NCBI GenBank assembly: GCA_012843025.1
Contig: DURT01000050.1
Location: forward strand, 2,128 to 66,127
Length of the DNA stretch: 64,000 nucleotides
Direction of reading: 5' to 3'
Source: Tissierellia bacterium
Lineage (GTDB): Bacteria > Bacillota > Clostridia > Tissierellales > Sedimentibacteraceae
Shown: piece after piece, positions 22,112 through 31,220 of the stretch
How the letters are laid out: the number at the start of each line of letters is the position of its first letter
Numbering within the stretch: position 1 is the stretch's first letter
Translations under genes and position numbers: made by a program
Notes under the pieces: model-generated
What the model saw: only the letters and a program-made list of their open reading frames with translations
Databases searched by the model: none
What the model was told of the DNA's origin: nothing

Positions 22112-23383
22112 ATGCTTATTAAAAATATAAGAATTATAGACCCGGAAACTAAAAGGGATGAAGTCGGTGACATACTGATAAAAGATGGAATTATTGCAAA
22201 AATTAATAATAATTTAGAGATAGAAGACGATGTTATAGATGGGACGGGAAAAATTGCTGCTCCTGGATTAATTGATGTCCATGTTCATTTCAGGGAGCCG
22301 GGATTTACACACAAGGAAGATATTCTTACAGGTTCTGAAGCTGCTGCCAGAGGTGGATTCACCACGGTTGTTGCAATGGCTAATACTAATCCTCCCCTAG
22401 ATAATGCTGATATATTAAAATATATAATGAATAAGTCTAAAGATTCTCCTATAAACTATCTTCAGACAGCTGCTGTAACTAAGGGTTTAAAAGGAGAAGA
22501 AATAGTAAATATGGAGGAATTAAAAGAATTTGGTGCTGTAGGTTTTTCCGATGATGGATTTCCTATAATGGACAGCAACATAGTTTATAAGGCCATGATG
22601 GAAGCAAAGAGGCTTAATATGCCCATAAGCTTACATGAGGAAGACCCTAAATTAATAGAGAATTTTGGAATCAACGAAGGGAATATCTCTGAAATACTGG
22701 GTATTAAAGGAGCACCCTCTCTTGCAGAAGATATAATTGTGGCCAGAGATTGTATAATTGCTTTAAAGACGGGAGCAAGAGTAAATATACAACATATTAG
22801 TTCCGGAATGGCCTTAGATATAGTAAGATTGGCTAAATCAATGGGAGCAAATATTACGGCAGAAGTTACTCCCCATCACTTCTCACTGACTGAAGAAGCA
22901 GTCCTTGAATATAGGACTAATGCTAAAATGAATCCACCTTTACGTACAGAAAAGGACAGGAGTAAATTGATTGAAGGTTTAAAGGATGGTACAATCGACA
23001 TAATTGCTACAGACCATGCACCTCACTCTATTGAAGAAAAGAATATGGATTTTATAAAGGCACCCAGCGGTATTATAGGCTTGGAAACAGCCTTATCTCT
23101 TGGTATAACATACTTAGTTAAGACCAATAAGCTTACAATAACAGAGCTATTGGAAAAAATGACAGTAAATCCTGCTAAACTTTACAATTTAAAAAGAGGG
23201 ATAAGAGAAGGATATACAGCAGATTTAGTAATCTTTGACATGGAGGAGAAGTGGACTGTAAAAGATTTTTGCTCAAAATCAAGTAATTCTCCCTTTATAG
23301 GAAGTGAGCTTTCAGGAAAGGTAAAGTACACCATTTGCAGAGGTAAAATAGTCTATAGAGATAAAGAATATCCAAGTTCATAA
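22112..23383 (+). CDS. pyrC: Dihydroorotase
   Basis: 423 aa amidohydrolase with metal ligand motifs DVHVHFREPG and ATDHAPH. Confidence 0.9.
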   Translation: MLIKNIRIIDPETKRDEVGDILIKDGIIAKINNNLEIEDDVIDGTGKIAAPGLIDVHVHFREPGFTHKEDILTGSEAAARGGFTTVVAMANTNPPLDNADILKYIMNKSKDSPINYLQTAAVTKGLKGEEIVNMEELKEFGAVGFSDDGFPIMDSNIVYKAMMEAKRLNMPISLHEEDPKLIENFGINEGNISEILGIKGAPSLAEDIIVARDCIIALKTGARVNIQHISSGMALDIVRLAKSMGANITAEVTPHHFSLTEEAVLEYRTNAKMNPPLRTEKDRSKLIEGLKDGTIDIIATDHAPHSIEEKNMDFIKAPSGIIGLETALSLGITYLVKTNKLTITELLEKMTVNPAKLYNLKRGIREGYTADLVIFDMEEKWTVKDFCSKSSNSPFIGSELSGKVKYTICRGKIVYRDKEYPSS

Positions 23384-23422
23384 ATTAACATATAATATAC
23401 TGATAATATAAAAGCAGGTGAT

Positions 23423-24562
23423 GTGATGATTTATTTAGATAATGCCGCAACAACTTTTCCAAAGCCTAAGTCAGTATATAAAAGTGTTATGGAAGCAATG
23501 ACAAAGTACGGAGCAAATCCTGGAAGAGGAAGTCATGCAATGGCCATCAAAGGTGCCACAATTATTTATGAAACAAGAGAGTTATTAGCTCAGCTATTTA
23601 ACTTAGATGATCCTATGAAGGTAATTTTTACTTTCAATGCAACAGATGGTTTAAACATGGCCATTAAAGGATTATTGAATCCTGGTGACCACGTTGTAAC
23701 CACTGAAATGGAACATAATTCTGTATTGAGACCAATAATTGAATTAGAAAAAATTGGAGTGGAAAATACTATTGTCAAATGTACTTCTGAGGGAAAAGTA
23801 GATTTAAACTTGTTGGAAAGTGCCATAAAGAATAACACTAAACTAATAGTAACAACTCATGTTTCTAATTTGACTGGTACTATTTTCCCTGTTGAAGAAA
23901 TAGGTAAAATATGCAGAAGGCATGAAGTACTGTACTTATTGGATGCTTCACAAAGTGCAGGAGTTTTAGACATTGATCTAAAGAAATTTAATGTTGATTT
24001 TATGGCAATACCTGGTCATAAGGGACTGTTAGGCCCTCAAGGTACAGGTGCTTTATTAATAAATAATGATATAGAACTTAAACAAATAAAAGAGGGTGGC
24101 ACTGGAAGTTTATCTAGCAGTTTGGAACAGCCTAATTTTTATCCTGACAAATTAGAAGCGGGTACCCATAACTTGCCTGGTATAGCAGGATTAAATGCTG
24201 GAGTAAAGTATATTTTAAACAGGGGCATAGAATCGATTTACAGCCACGAAAAAAACTTATTGGATATATTCATCAAGGAATTAAAAAAGAACGATAAAAT
24301 CAAAATATATGGTCCTGAATCTATCGAGGACAGAATTGGAGTAGTTCCTGTAAATATAGAGGGAATGGATTCATCAGAAGTGGCTACTCTATTAGATACA
24401 AAGTATAAAATAGCTGTTAGGCCGGGACTCCACTGTGCACCCTTAGCACATAAAGCTATAGGTACGGATAAAATTGGAGCTGTAAGATTTGGATTAGGAC
24501 CTTTTAATAAAAAATCTGATATTATGGCAGCGGTAAAGGCCTTGAATGAAATTTCTCTTTAG
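23423..24562 (+). CDS. Class V aminotransferase-fold PLP enzyme (cysteine desulfurase-like)
   Basis: 379 aa. PLP-lysine context AIPGHKGLLGPQGTG and conserved RPGLHCAP near the C-terminus. Confidence 0.75.
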   Translation: MMIYLDNAATTFPKPKSVYKSVMEAMTKYGANPGRGSHAMAIKGATIIYETRELLAQLFNLDDPMKVIFTFNATDGLNMAIKGLLNPGDHVVTTEMEHNSVLRPIIELEKIGVENTIVKCTSEGKVDLNLLESAIKNNTKLIVTTHVSNLTGTIFPVEEIGKICRRHEVLYLLDASQSAGVLDIDLKKFNVDFMAIPGHKGLLGPQGTGALLINNDIELKQIKEGGTGSLSSSLEQPNFYPDKLEAGTHNLPGIAGLNAGVKYILNRGIESIYSHEKNLLDIFIKELKKNDKIKIYGPESIEDRIGVVPVNIEGMDSSEVATLLDTKYKIAVRPGLHCAPLAHKAIGTDKIGAVRFGLGPFNKKSDIMAAVKALNEISL

Positions 24563-24578
24563 AAATAGGTTTTAATAT

Positions 24579-24604
24579 GGAACGACTATTAGTCGTTCCC
24601 TTTA
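24579..24604 (+). terminator. Rho-independent terminator
   Basis: GGAACGACT-ATT-AGTCGTTCC followed by CTTT. Confidence 0.6.
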
Positions 24605-24678
24605 AGAATATAGAAAATTATTATTTAATAATGTAAAATCGAGACTTTTTTGGTATAATTCTAATATAGGGTTGAAGT

Positions 24679-25740
24679 ATGAAGAAAATTATTAAATTAT
24701 TATTTATTATATTATTTTTTATAATAGGTATATTGTATTTTAAATATGGCAAAGAGCTCATATCTCTATGGGAAGAAAAGAAAGAATATAAAATTAAAGA
24801 TATGAAGGTGGTTGAAATTGACACCTTAGATGAATATGAGTTTTTCAATAAGGGTATTATTACATATAATAGTCAGAAAATAATCCATAGGGACTACAAC
24901 AATAATATTGTCTGGGAAAAGGAAAATAAAGAATTCACTAATGAAGTGTTCACTACAGATACTTACATATATTTGGAGACAAATAATACTATAACAGTCT
25001 TGGATAAGAACAATCAACAGTTTATAATAGATGAAATCAACGGAAATATTGTAAATGTTTCACGTGAAACAGATAAGACTGCTTTCATTGTTATGGGAAA
25101 TGGACAAACTCTATACGTAATGGATGACAATAACCAGGTAATAGTAGATGGAAAAGAATTTAAGGATTCGATTACAGGTATAACTTTCAGTGATAAATCT
25201 AAAGCTTATGTGGTAATGACTTTAACTTTTGATAGGGGAAACCCGGTAAACACAGTTTATTTTAACCTTATGGACAATGTGGAAGTCTGGAGCACTGTAA
25301 TAGAAAGTGAAATTTTAATAAAAGCCAAAATAATAAATAACCAGGTTATATTGATTGGAACTGAAAATATTTATTTTTACAATAACAATGGAAAATTAAT
25401 GTGGAAAAACAGTCTATATAACAAGGTGTTAGATTATGATTTTTCAAAAGGTAAAATTCATTTATTGGTGAAAAAGGACAAGGATGTAGAGTATATATCC
25501 TATAATTTTGAAGGTAAGGTTATGGAAATACAAGCTGCTCCTCATAATGTTTCAAAGCTGAAAATATACGAGGACAAAGTATTTGCCTACGGTAACAACT
25601 CAATATACATACTTCATAACAATAAATCAGACAAAATCTTCGAAGATATGGAAAATTTTAAAGATTTCATCTTTGAAGGAAGCACAGTGTATATTTTGTT
25701 TAAAGATAAACTATACAAAGGACAAATTAAATTCATATGA
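24679..25740 (+). CDS. Hypothetical N-terminally membrane-anchored protein (repetitive beta-rich ectodomain)
   Basis: 353 aa with a single N-terminal TM (LLFIILFFIIGILYF). The rest is Asn/Lys/Tyr-rich with no catalytic motif I recognise. Confidence 0.6.
   Translation: MKKIIKLLFIILFFIIGILYFKYGKELISLWEEKKEYKIKDMKVVEIDTLDEYEFFNKGIITYNSQKIIHRDYNNNIVWEKENKEFTNEVFTTDTYIYLETNNTITVLDKNNQQFIIDEINGNIVNVSRETDKTAFIVMGNGQTLYVMDDNNQVIVDGKEFKDSITGITFSDKSKAYVVMTLTFDRGNPVNTVYFNLMDNVEVWSTVIESEILIKAKIINNQVILIGTENIYFYNNNGKLMWKNSLYNKVLDYDFSKGKIHLLVKKDKDVEYISYNFEGKVMEIQAAPHNVSKLKIYEDKVFAYGNNSIYILHNNKSDKIFEDMENFKDFIFEGSTVYILFKDKLYKGQIKFI
25056..25071. promoter_or_regulatory. parS centromere site, perfect palindrome TGTTTCACGTGAAACA
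   Basis: Exact match to the Firmicute parS consensus TGTTNCACGTGAAACA. It is embedded in the CDS 24679-25740, about 7.8 kb from spo0J. Confidence 0.75.
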
Positions 25741-25753
25741 AAGGAAGTACAAT

Positions 25754-26398
25754 ATGACTGTAGATATTTTTATAGTAATTTTTGTGGGTTTACTCTTCAT
25801 ATTAGGTTATAAGAAGGGTTTTATAAGAACATTTTTTGATACCTTAGGCGTTGTTGTTTCGTTTTTTCTAAGTAAGGAATTGTATTTTCATGTGGAAAAC
25901 TTTTTACTAAAAAACACTAAGTTATTTGTTAAAATGTATGATTTTTTTCAAGGTATGTTTTCGGAAAGTGTGGTTAACAGTTTCAGTAACATACCTGTTG
26001 AATTACAAAAATTTGCAAACTCCATAATTATGGCTGAAACTCAGGATACCTATACAGCTTTTATTGATAATATAAGTCTTCTAACTATCAGAACTATAAG
26101 TTTTTTAATAACTTTCTTGGCTTTATATGCAGTCTTATTGTTTTTATCAACTTTAATCGACACTATTATGAAGCTGCCTGTGCTAAACTTAACTAATAGA
26201 ATATTAGGAGGATTAACGGGAATATTAAAAGCTGTTGTTATACTTTACATAGTATTCGCCCTATCAACACCTTTAATAGGTTTTATGCAGGATAAACCTT
26301 TGATGCAGTCAATATTGAATTCGGAATCAAGCAGGATTTTCTACGATAATAATATATTATTGAATTATTTATCCTATAAGGGATTTTATGAAAAATAA
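25754..26398 (+). CDS. CvpA-family membrane protein
   Basis: The track ORF 25583-26398 carries an unlikely N-terminal extension overlapping the upstream gene. The ATG at 25754 follows AAGGAAG. The product MTVDIFIVIFVGLLFILGYKKGFIRTFFD, with 4-5 TM segments, is CvpA-like. Confidence 0.7.
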   Translation: MTVDIFIVIFVGLLFILGYKKGFIRTFFDTLGVVVSFFLSKELYFHVENFLLKNTKLFVKMYDFFQGMFSESVVNSFSNIPVELQKFANSIIMAETQDTYTAFIDNISLLTIRTISFLITFLALYAVLLFLSTLIDTIMKLPVLNLTNRILGGLTGILKAVVILYIVFALSTPLIGFMQDKPLMQSILNSESSRIFYDNNILLNYLSYKGFYEK

Positions 26399-26414
26399 TG
26401 TTTCACATGAAACA
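26399..26414. promoter_or_regulatory. parS-like site TGTTTCACATGAAACA (one mismatch)
   Basis: 15/16 match to the parS palindrome (central CG to CA), immediately after the cvpA-like stop. Confidence 0.55.
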
Positions 26415-26475
26415 TCCCTTATTTTCTTTGAGATTATAAGGAAAAGTCTTTGGCTTTATTTAAGGAGGAAAAAAT

Positions 26476-26691
26476 ATGCCGATGAAATTAAATGTGGGAG
26501 ATATAGTTAAATTAAAGAAAAAACATCCTTGTGGAGGATATGATTGGGAGATACTTAGGGTAGGTGCAGATTTCAGAATAAAGTGCACAACCTGTCAAAG
26601 AATAGTGTGGCTTCCTCGTAGGGAAGTTGAAAGAAGAATAACTCAAGTTGTTTACCAGGTAGAAAATGAAGAAAACTCTACCGAAAATTAA
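26476..26691 (+). CDS. Small conserved protein (DUF951-like)
   Basis: 71 aa with GDIVKLKKKHPCGGYDWEILRVGADFRIKCTTCQR. I recognise the pattern as the small DUF951 family of Firmicutes. Good RBS GGAGGA. Confidence 0.6.
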   Translation: MPMKLNVGDIVKLKKKHPCGGYDWEILRVGADFRIKCTTCQRIVWLPRREVERRITQVVYQVENEENSTEN

Positions 26692-26743
26692 AAAAATGTT
26701 GACATGCTTTAAAAAATATAATAGTATTAGTCTAAGTCAATAA

Positions 26744-26774
26744 CCTTTAATCTGGCACAGTGAGGCTGGAAAGG
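26744..26774 (+). promoter_or_regulatory. pyr leader: PyrR-binding-like anti-antiterminator hairpin (degenerate)
   Basis: CCTTTAATCTGGCACAGTGAGGCTGGAAAGG has closing CCTTT/AAAGG and the loop region CACAGUGAGGCU (9/12 to UCCAGAGAGGCU). Its 3' arm, AAAGGAAAA, can alternatively pair with the 5' arm of the terminator. Confidence 0.5.
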
Positions 26775-26801
26775 AAAATTTAATACTTATGTGTGAGTGA
26801 G

Positions 26802-26831
26802 TCTTCCTTTGCTGTGCAAGGAAGATTTTTG
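26802..26831 (+). terminator. pyr leader attenuator terminator
   Basis: TCTTCCTT-TGCTGTGC-AAGGAAGA followed by T5, 41 nt upstream of the pyrB ATG. Confidence 0.7.
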
Positions 26832-26841
26832 TATCTTTAAA

Positions 26842-26858
26842 GTAGTCCAGAGAGGCTA
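26842..26858 (+). promoter_or_regulatory. Perfect PyrR-binding motif AGUCCAGAGAGGCU adjacent to the pyrB Shine-Dalgarno
   Basis: GTAGTCCAGAGAGGCTA matches the consensus ARUCCAGAGAGGYU exactly. It forms the hairpin UAGUC-CAGAGA-GGCUA and ends 4 nt before AAAGGAGG. Confidence 0.65.
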
Positions 26859-26871
26859 AAAAGGAGGAAGA

Positions 26872-27795
26872 ATGTTAAAAGGTAAAAGTTTAATTGAACC
26901 AATGGATTTATCTGTAGAAGAGATAGACGAAATACTAGGTCTTGCAGAAGAAATTATAAAAAATCCAGAAGAATACTCTCAAGTATGCAGAGGAAAAATT
27001 CTTGCCACATTATTTTACGAACCCAGCACAAGAACTAGACTTAGTTTTGAAGCAGCAATGTTGAGACTTGGAGGAAATGTTATGGGATTTTCCTCAGGGG
27101 AATCAAGTTCAGCTGCAAAAGGTGAAAGTGTAGCCGATACTATAAGAACTATAGCCTGTTATGCAGATATAGTTGCCATGAGACATCCCAAGGAAGGTGC
27201 TCCACTGGTAGCGGCAATGAAGGCTGATATCCCCGTAATTAATGCAGGAGATGGAGGCCATCAACATCCTACCCAGACATTAACGGATTTACTTACAATT
27301 AAAACCTTAAAAGGAAAGCTTAATAATTTTACAATCGGTCTTTGTGGTGATTTAAAATTTGGAAGAACAGTTCATTCCCTTATTAAAGCTTTGTCTAGGT
27401 ATGAAAATATTAATTTCATTCTAATATCCCCGGAAGAATTGGTAGTACCAGAATATATAAGAGAAATAATGGTTAAGAAGAACATTAACTTTAAAGAAGT
27501 GGAAAGACTTGAAAATGTAATGGAAGAATTAGATGTTCTCTACATGACCAGGGTGCAGAAGGAAAGATTTTTCAACGAAGCAGACTATATAAGGTTGAAG
27601 GATAGCTATATTTTAGATAAGGAAAAGCTAAAAAATGCAAAAGAGGATATGATTATAATGCATCCTCTGCCCAGGGTTAATGAAATATCTGTTGAAGTAG
27701 ATGATGATCCTAGAGCAGCATACTTTAAGCAAACTAAGTGTGGAATGTATGCAAGAATGGCATTAATTATGAAATTGCTGGGGGTGGAAAAATAA
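26872..27795 (+). CDS. pyrB: Aspartate carbamoyltransferase catalytic chain
   Basis: 307 aa with motifs [15 protein letters not shown] and HPLPR. Confidence 0.96.
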   Translation: MLKGKSLIEPMDLSVEEIDEILGLAEEIIKNPEEYSQVCRGKILATLFYEPSTRTRLSFEAAMLRLGGNVMGFSSGESSSAAKGESVADTIRTIACYADIVAMRHPKEGAPLVAAMKADIPVINAGDGGHQHPTQTLTDLLTIKTLKGKLNNFTIGLCGDLKFGRTVHSLIKALSRYENINFILISPEELVVPEYIREIMVKKNINFKEVERLENVMEELDVLYMTRVQKERFFNEADYIRLKDSYILDKEKLKNAKEDMIIMHPLPRVNEISVEVDDDPRAAYFKQTKCGMYARMALIMKLLGVEK

Positions 27796-28220
27796 TGTTA
27801 AATATAGATAGTGTTGAAAAAGGATTAGTAATAGACCATATTCAAGCTGGAAAAGCAATGGAGATATACCATTATTTAAATTTGGACAAAATGGATTGCA
27901 GTGTTGCCATAATAAAAAATGCAAAAAGCAAAAAATACGGCAAAAAGGACATAATTAAAATAGAAAACAATCTTCACATGGATTTAAAGGTACTAGGTTT
28001 TATAGATCCTAATATAACTATTAATGTAATAGATAATTCAGAAATAATTAAAAAAATTAATCTTGAGCTGCCAATGGAAGTAGAAAATGTTGTAAAATGC
28101 AAGAACCCCAGATGTATTACTTCTATTGAACAGGGAATAGTTCATAAATTCCGACTTACGGATATAGAAAATAAAACTTACAGATGTGTTTATTGTGATA
28201 CAGCCTATGAATACAACTAA
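27795..28220 (+). CDS. pyrI: Aspartate carbamoyltransferase regulatory chain
   Basis: The start was moved to the ATG that overlaps the pyrB TAA (TAATG). The product begins [16 protein letters not shown] and carries a C-terminal Zn site, CKNPRC ... CVYC. Confidence 0.9.
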   Translation: MLNIDSVEKGLVIDHIQAGKAMEIYHYLNLDKMDCSVAIIKNAKSKKYGKKDIIKIENNLHMDLKVLGFIDPNITINVIDNSEIIKKINLELPMEVENVVKCKNPRCITSIEQGIVHKFRLTDIENKTYRCVYCDTAYEYN

Positions 28221-28258
28221 TAGTCATAGCTATTAAGAATATAAAGGTGAGATGAAAG

Positions 28259-28990
28259 ATGAAAATAGTAAAAAATAGAATTCTTAAAAATCAATTTGTT
28301 TCAGAAGGTGTCTACAGGATATCAGTGGAAGCTGATACCCAAGTAAAACCGGGACAATTCTTTATGCTGAAAACTTTGGACAATTCTTTCTTACTTCCCA
28401 GGCCTTTAAGTGTTAATGACGTAAATGGAAATACAGTTTCATTTTTATACCGGGTAGAGGGAAAGGGTACTAAAAAAATAAGTACCCTTCATGAAGGTGA
28501 GGAATTACAACTTTTTGGTCCCTTGGGAAATGGCTTTGACATTAATGATCTTAAAGGCACCGTTGCTGTAGTAGGCGGAGGTATGGGAGTTGCTCCCATA
28601 CTGTACCTTGTAAAATTACTGGGACAGAAAGCAGAAGTGTACTTAGGTTACAAAGATTCTGCTAATATGTATATCTGTCAGGAATTCAAAAATATAAGCG
28701 AAAAAGTAGTTGTAGTAACAGAAGACGGTAGTTTTGGAGAAAAGGGATTAGTTACGGATTATGTACCATACAATAAATACACTTCAGTTGTTGCCTGTGG
28801 TCCGGAAATAATGATGCGTAAAATAGCAGAACATTGCACAGAAAATGAAATACAGTGCTATGTGTCCTTAGAGAGGCGAATGGCTTGCGGCATGGGAGTA
28901 TGCTTGGGATGCAATGTTGAAACTAAAGCAGGAAATAAAAAAGCATGTAAGGACGGTCCTGTGTTCTCCGGGGAGGAAATAATATGGTAG
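28259..28990 (+). CDS. pyrK: Dihydroorotate dehydrogenase electron-transfer subunit
   Basis: 243 aa. FAD/NAD-binding fold and C-terminal 2Fe-2S motif CGMGVCLGC. Precedes class 1B pyrD. Confidence 0.9.
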   Translation: MKIVKNRILKNQFVSEGVYRISVEADTQVKPGQFFMLKTLDNSFLLPRPLSVNDVNGNTVSFLYRVEGKGTKKISTLHEGEELQLFGPLGNGFDINDLKGTVAVVGGGMGVAPILYLVKLLGQKAEVYLGYKDSANMYICQEFKNISEKVVVVTEDGSFGEKGLVTDYVPYNKYTSVVACGPEIMMRKIAEHCTENEIQCYVSLERRMACGMGVCLGCNVETKAGNKKACKDGPVFSGEEIIW

Positions 28991-29886
28991 ATTTAAAAGT
29001 AAATGTAATGGGAAAAACATTTAAAAACCCTATACTTACCGCTTCTGGAACTTTTGGGTTCGGAGAAGAATTTGCAGAAATTTATGACCTTTCAATTTTA
29101 GGAGGAATATGCTGTAAGGGACTTACTCTGTTACCTAAGGAAGGAAATAAAGGAATAAGACTGTGGGAAACCCCCATGGGATTAATGAACAGTATAGGGC
29201 TGGAAAATCCTGGTGTAGATATATTTATTAAGGAGAAGCTTCCTAAACTTAGGACCTATGATACTGTAATAATTGCAAATCTTAATGGCTTTTGCGAAGA
29301 AGACTATTTCCAGGGGATATATAAATTAAATGATTCTGATGTTGATATAATTGAACTTAATATTTCCTGTCCGAATATTAAAAGCGGAGGTATGAATTTC
29401 GGCATAAAATCATCGGTGGCTTATGAATTAGTTTCGAAAATACGACATATATGTAAAAAGCCCTTGATGGTAAAATTATCACCTAATGCAGAAAACATTA
29501 CGGATATGGCAATAGCTTGCGAAGCAGCAGGAGCCGATGCTCTTTCACTTATTAATACTGTTAAGGCAATGGCAATAGATATAAAAAGAAGAAAGGCTGT
29601 TTTTGACAATATTTATGCGGGACTTTCTGGACCATGTATTAAACCTATTGCTCTTCGAATGGTACATGAAGTTTCCAAGGTTGTTAAAATTCCTCTCTGT
29701 GGATTAGGAGGTATAACTAGTGCCACAGATGTTATTGAATTTATAATGGCAGGAGCTTCATTAGTACAAATAGGTACTTACAACTTTGTTAAGCCGGATA
29801 TAGCCAAGGACATAATAAGAGATTTAACGGAATTTGCAGAAAATGAAGGAATAGAATCCTTAGATGAAATAAGAGGTATAATATAA
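28984..29886 (+). CDS. pyrD: Dihydroorotate dehydrogenase (class 1B) catalytic subunit
   Basis: 300 aa with motifs [16 protein letters not shown] and GGI. Overlaps pyrK by 7 nt. Confidence 0.93.
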   Translation: MVDLKVNVMGKTFKNPILTASGTFGFGEEFAEIYDLSILGGICCKGLTLLPKEGNKGIRLWETPMGLMNSIGLENPGVDIFIKEKLPKLRTYDTVIIANLNGFCEEDYFQGIYKLNDSDVDIIELNISCPNIKSGGMNFGIKSSVAYELVSKIRHICKKPLMVKLSPNAENITDMAIACEAAGADALSLINTVKAMAIDIKRRKAVFDNIYAGLSGPCIKPIALRMVHEVSKVVKIPLCGLGGITSATDVIEFIMAGASLVQIGTYNFVKPDIAKDIIRDLTEFAENEGIESLDEIRGII

Positions 29887-29904
29887 GTCTGTATTGGAGG
29901 AAAA

Positions 29905-30465
29905 ATGATAGATGTAGTTGAAATATTAAAGGAATGTGATGCGTTATTAGAAGGTCACTTTTTACTTTCATCGGGAAAGCACAGCAATAAATATTGTCAA
30001 TGTGCAAAACTTTTGCAATACCCTCAGAAAGCAGAAAAAGTCATATCAATAATTAAGGACAAAGTTAAAGATCTGAACTTAGATGTAATAGTAGGTCCTG
30101 CCATGGGAGGCATAACGGCAGCTTATGAACTTGGCCGACAATTAGGTATAAGGGCTATATTTACAGAAAGAGAAAATAATGTTATGACCTTGAGAAGGGG
30201 TTTTGAAATAAAGAAAGGTGAGAGGGTACTTGTAATGGAAGATGTGGTAACTACAGGTAAATCTTCCGTAGAAACTGCAAAAGTTATTGAAAGTATGGGT
30301 GGTACAGTAGTAGGTATAGGATGCATTGTAGATAGAAAAGAAAGCGATATAAAATTACCCATCTATAGTGCAACAGAACTATATTTTGAAACTTATCATG
30401 CGAATAATTGTCCTTTCTGTAAGGAAGGTTCAATTCCTGTAAAACCAGGTAGCCGAAAATTTTAA
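29905..30465 (+). CDS. pyrE: Orotate phosphoribosyltransferase
   Basis: 186 aa with PRPP motif [13 protein letters not shown]. Confidence 0.92.
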   Translation: MIDVVEILKECDALLEGHFLLSSGKHSNKYCQCAKLLQYPQKAEKVISIIKDKVKDLNLDVIVGPAMGGITAAYELGRQLGIRAIFTERENNVMTLRRGFEIKKGERVLVMEDVVTTGKSSVETAKVIESMGGTVVGIGCIVDRKESDIKLPIYSATELYFETYHANNCPFCKEGSIPVKPGSRKF

Positions 30466-30491
30466 ACCAAGGGACTTTAGTCCCTTGGTTT
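30464..30491. terminator. Bidirectional terminator between the convergent pyrE and small ORF
   Basis: AAACCAAGGGAC-TTTA-GTCCCTTGGTTT, a perfect 12-bp stem overlapping both stop codons. Confidence 0.8.
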
Positions 30492-30729
30492 ACATAAAAA
30501 ATAAAGGCCAGAATAACCACCAAATAGGATTTTCACATCTTCCGTATCTATCGCAGTAAGGATATCGATAATATCTCATGGGATAAAAATTTTGGTCATA
30601 CCTCCTGTCATATCGAGGATCAAATCTAGGATCATACATATCGTATCTGTTTCCGTATACTTCGTTGTTTACATTATCATTGTAGTACATATTATAATCA
30701 CTATAATTTTGAGGATTATTATTATCCAT
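30490..30729 (-). CDS. Small Tyr/Arg/Asp/Asn/Pro-rich protein with a Trp/Phe-rich C-terminal tail (unknown function)
   Basis: 79 aa. GGAGAG RBS 7 nt before the ATG and TATAAT just upstream. Repeats of R-Y-D/P-R-[YF]-D, a CDRYGRC pair, and the C-terminal IWWLFWPLFFM. Confidence 0.6.
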   Translation of the reverse strand: MDNNNPQNYSDYNMYYNDNVNNEVYGNRYDMYDPRFDPRYDRRYDQNFYPMRYYRYPYCDRYGRCENPIWWLFWPLFFM

Positions 30730-30872
30730 ATATACTCTCCATTATACAATTTCTATATATTATAATATATGTTGTGAATAAGACAATGTTACGAAATCAT
30801 TTCCAGGGAAATTTATATTTTCCTCTTTACAAATCAGTAAAAATGTATTAAATTATATATAGCTTGTAATAC

Positions 30873-30945
<73 letters not shown>

Positions 30946-30949
30946 TAAG

Positions 30950-30975
30950 AAAAAACCACTTATGTGGTTTTTTCT
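30950..30975 (+). terminator. Terminator-like hairpin between the two tRNA genes
   Basis: AAAAACCAC-TTAT-GTGGTTTTT followed by further T residues. Confidence 0.6.
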
Positions 30976-30983
30976 TCTCTTCT

Positions 30984-31055
30984 GCTACTGTGGCGCAGTG
31001 GTAGCGCAACTGATTCGTAATCAGTAGGTCAGGAGTTCGAATCTCCTCAGTAGCT
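30984..31055 (+). tRNA. tRNA-Thr (anticodon CGT)
   Basis: Manual cloverleaf: acceptor GCTACTG/CAGTAGC, D arm GCGC-AGTGGTA-GCGC, anticodon arm ACTGA-TTCGTAA-TCAGT, T arm AGGAG-TTCGAAT-CTCCT. No encoded CCA. Confidence 0.92.
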
Positions 31056-31112
31056 TTTTTTAAAGCTTGAAATTAGGTTCATTCTCTAATAGAATATGGT
31101 GCATTTAAGTAC

Positions 31113-31138
31113 AAAAACGAGCATATAGCTCGTTTTTG
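31113..31138. terminator. Bidirectional terminator (tRNA cluster / reductase gene)
   Basis: AAAAACGAGC-ATATA-GCTCGTTTTT. Confidence 0.7.
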
Positions 31139-31220
31139 ATAATTTAACTATTAGTTGTTATTTTTTTCAATATTTTATGTTGGGCCCATTTAAATCTAGA
31201 TGTTTATAACTACTAATTAA

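Noticed and set aside
27738-27794. The longer pyrI ORF start ([19 protein letters not shown]...).
   Set aside because: It overlaps the pyrB 3' end in another frame. The TAATG stop-start overlap at 27793-27797 gives the conserved PyrI N-terminus [16 protein letters not shown].
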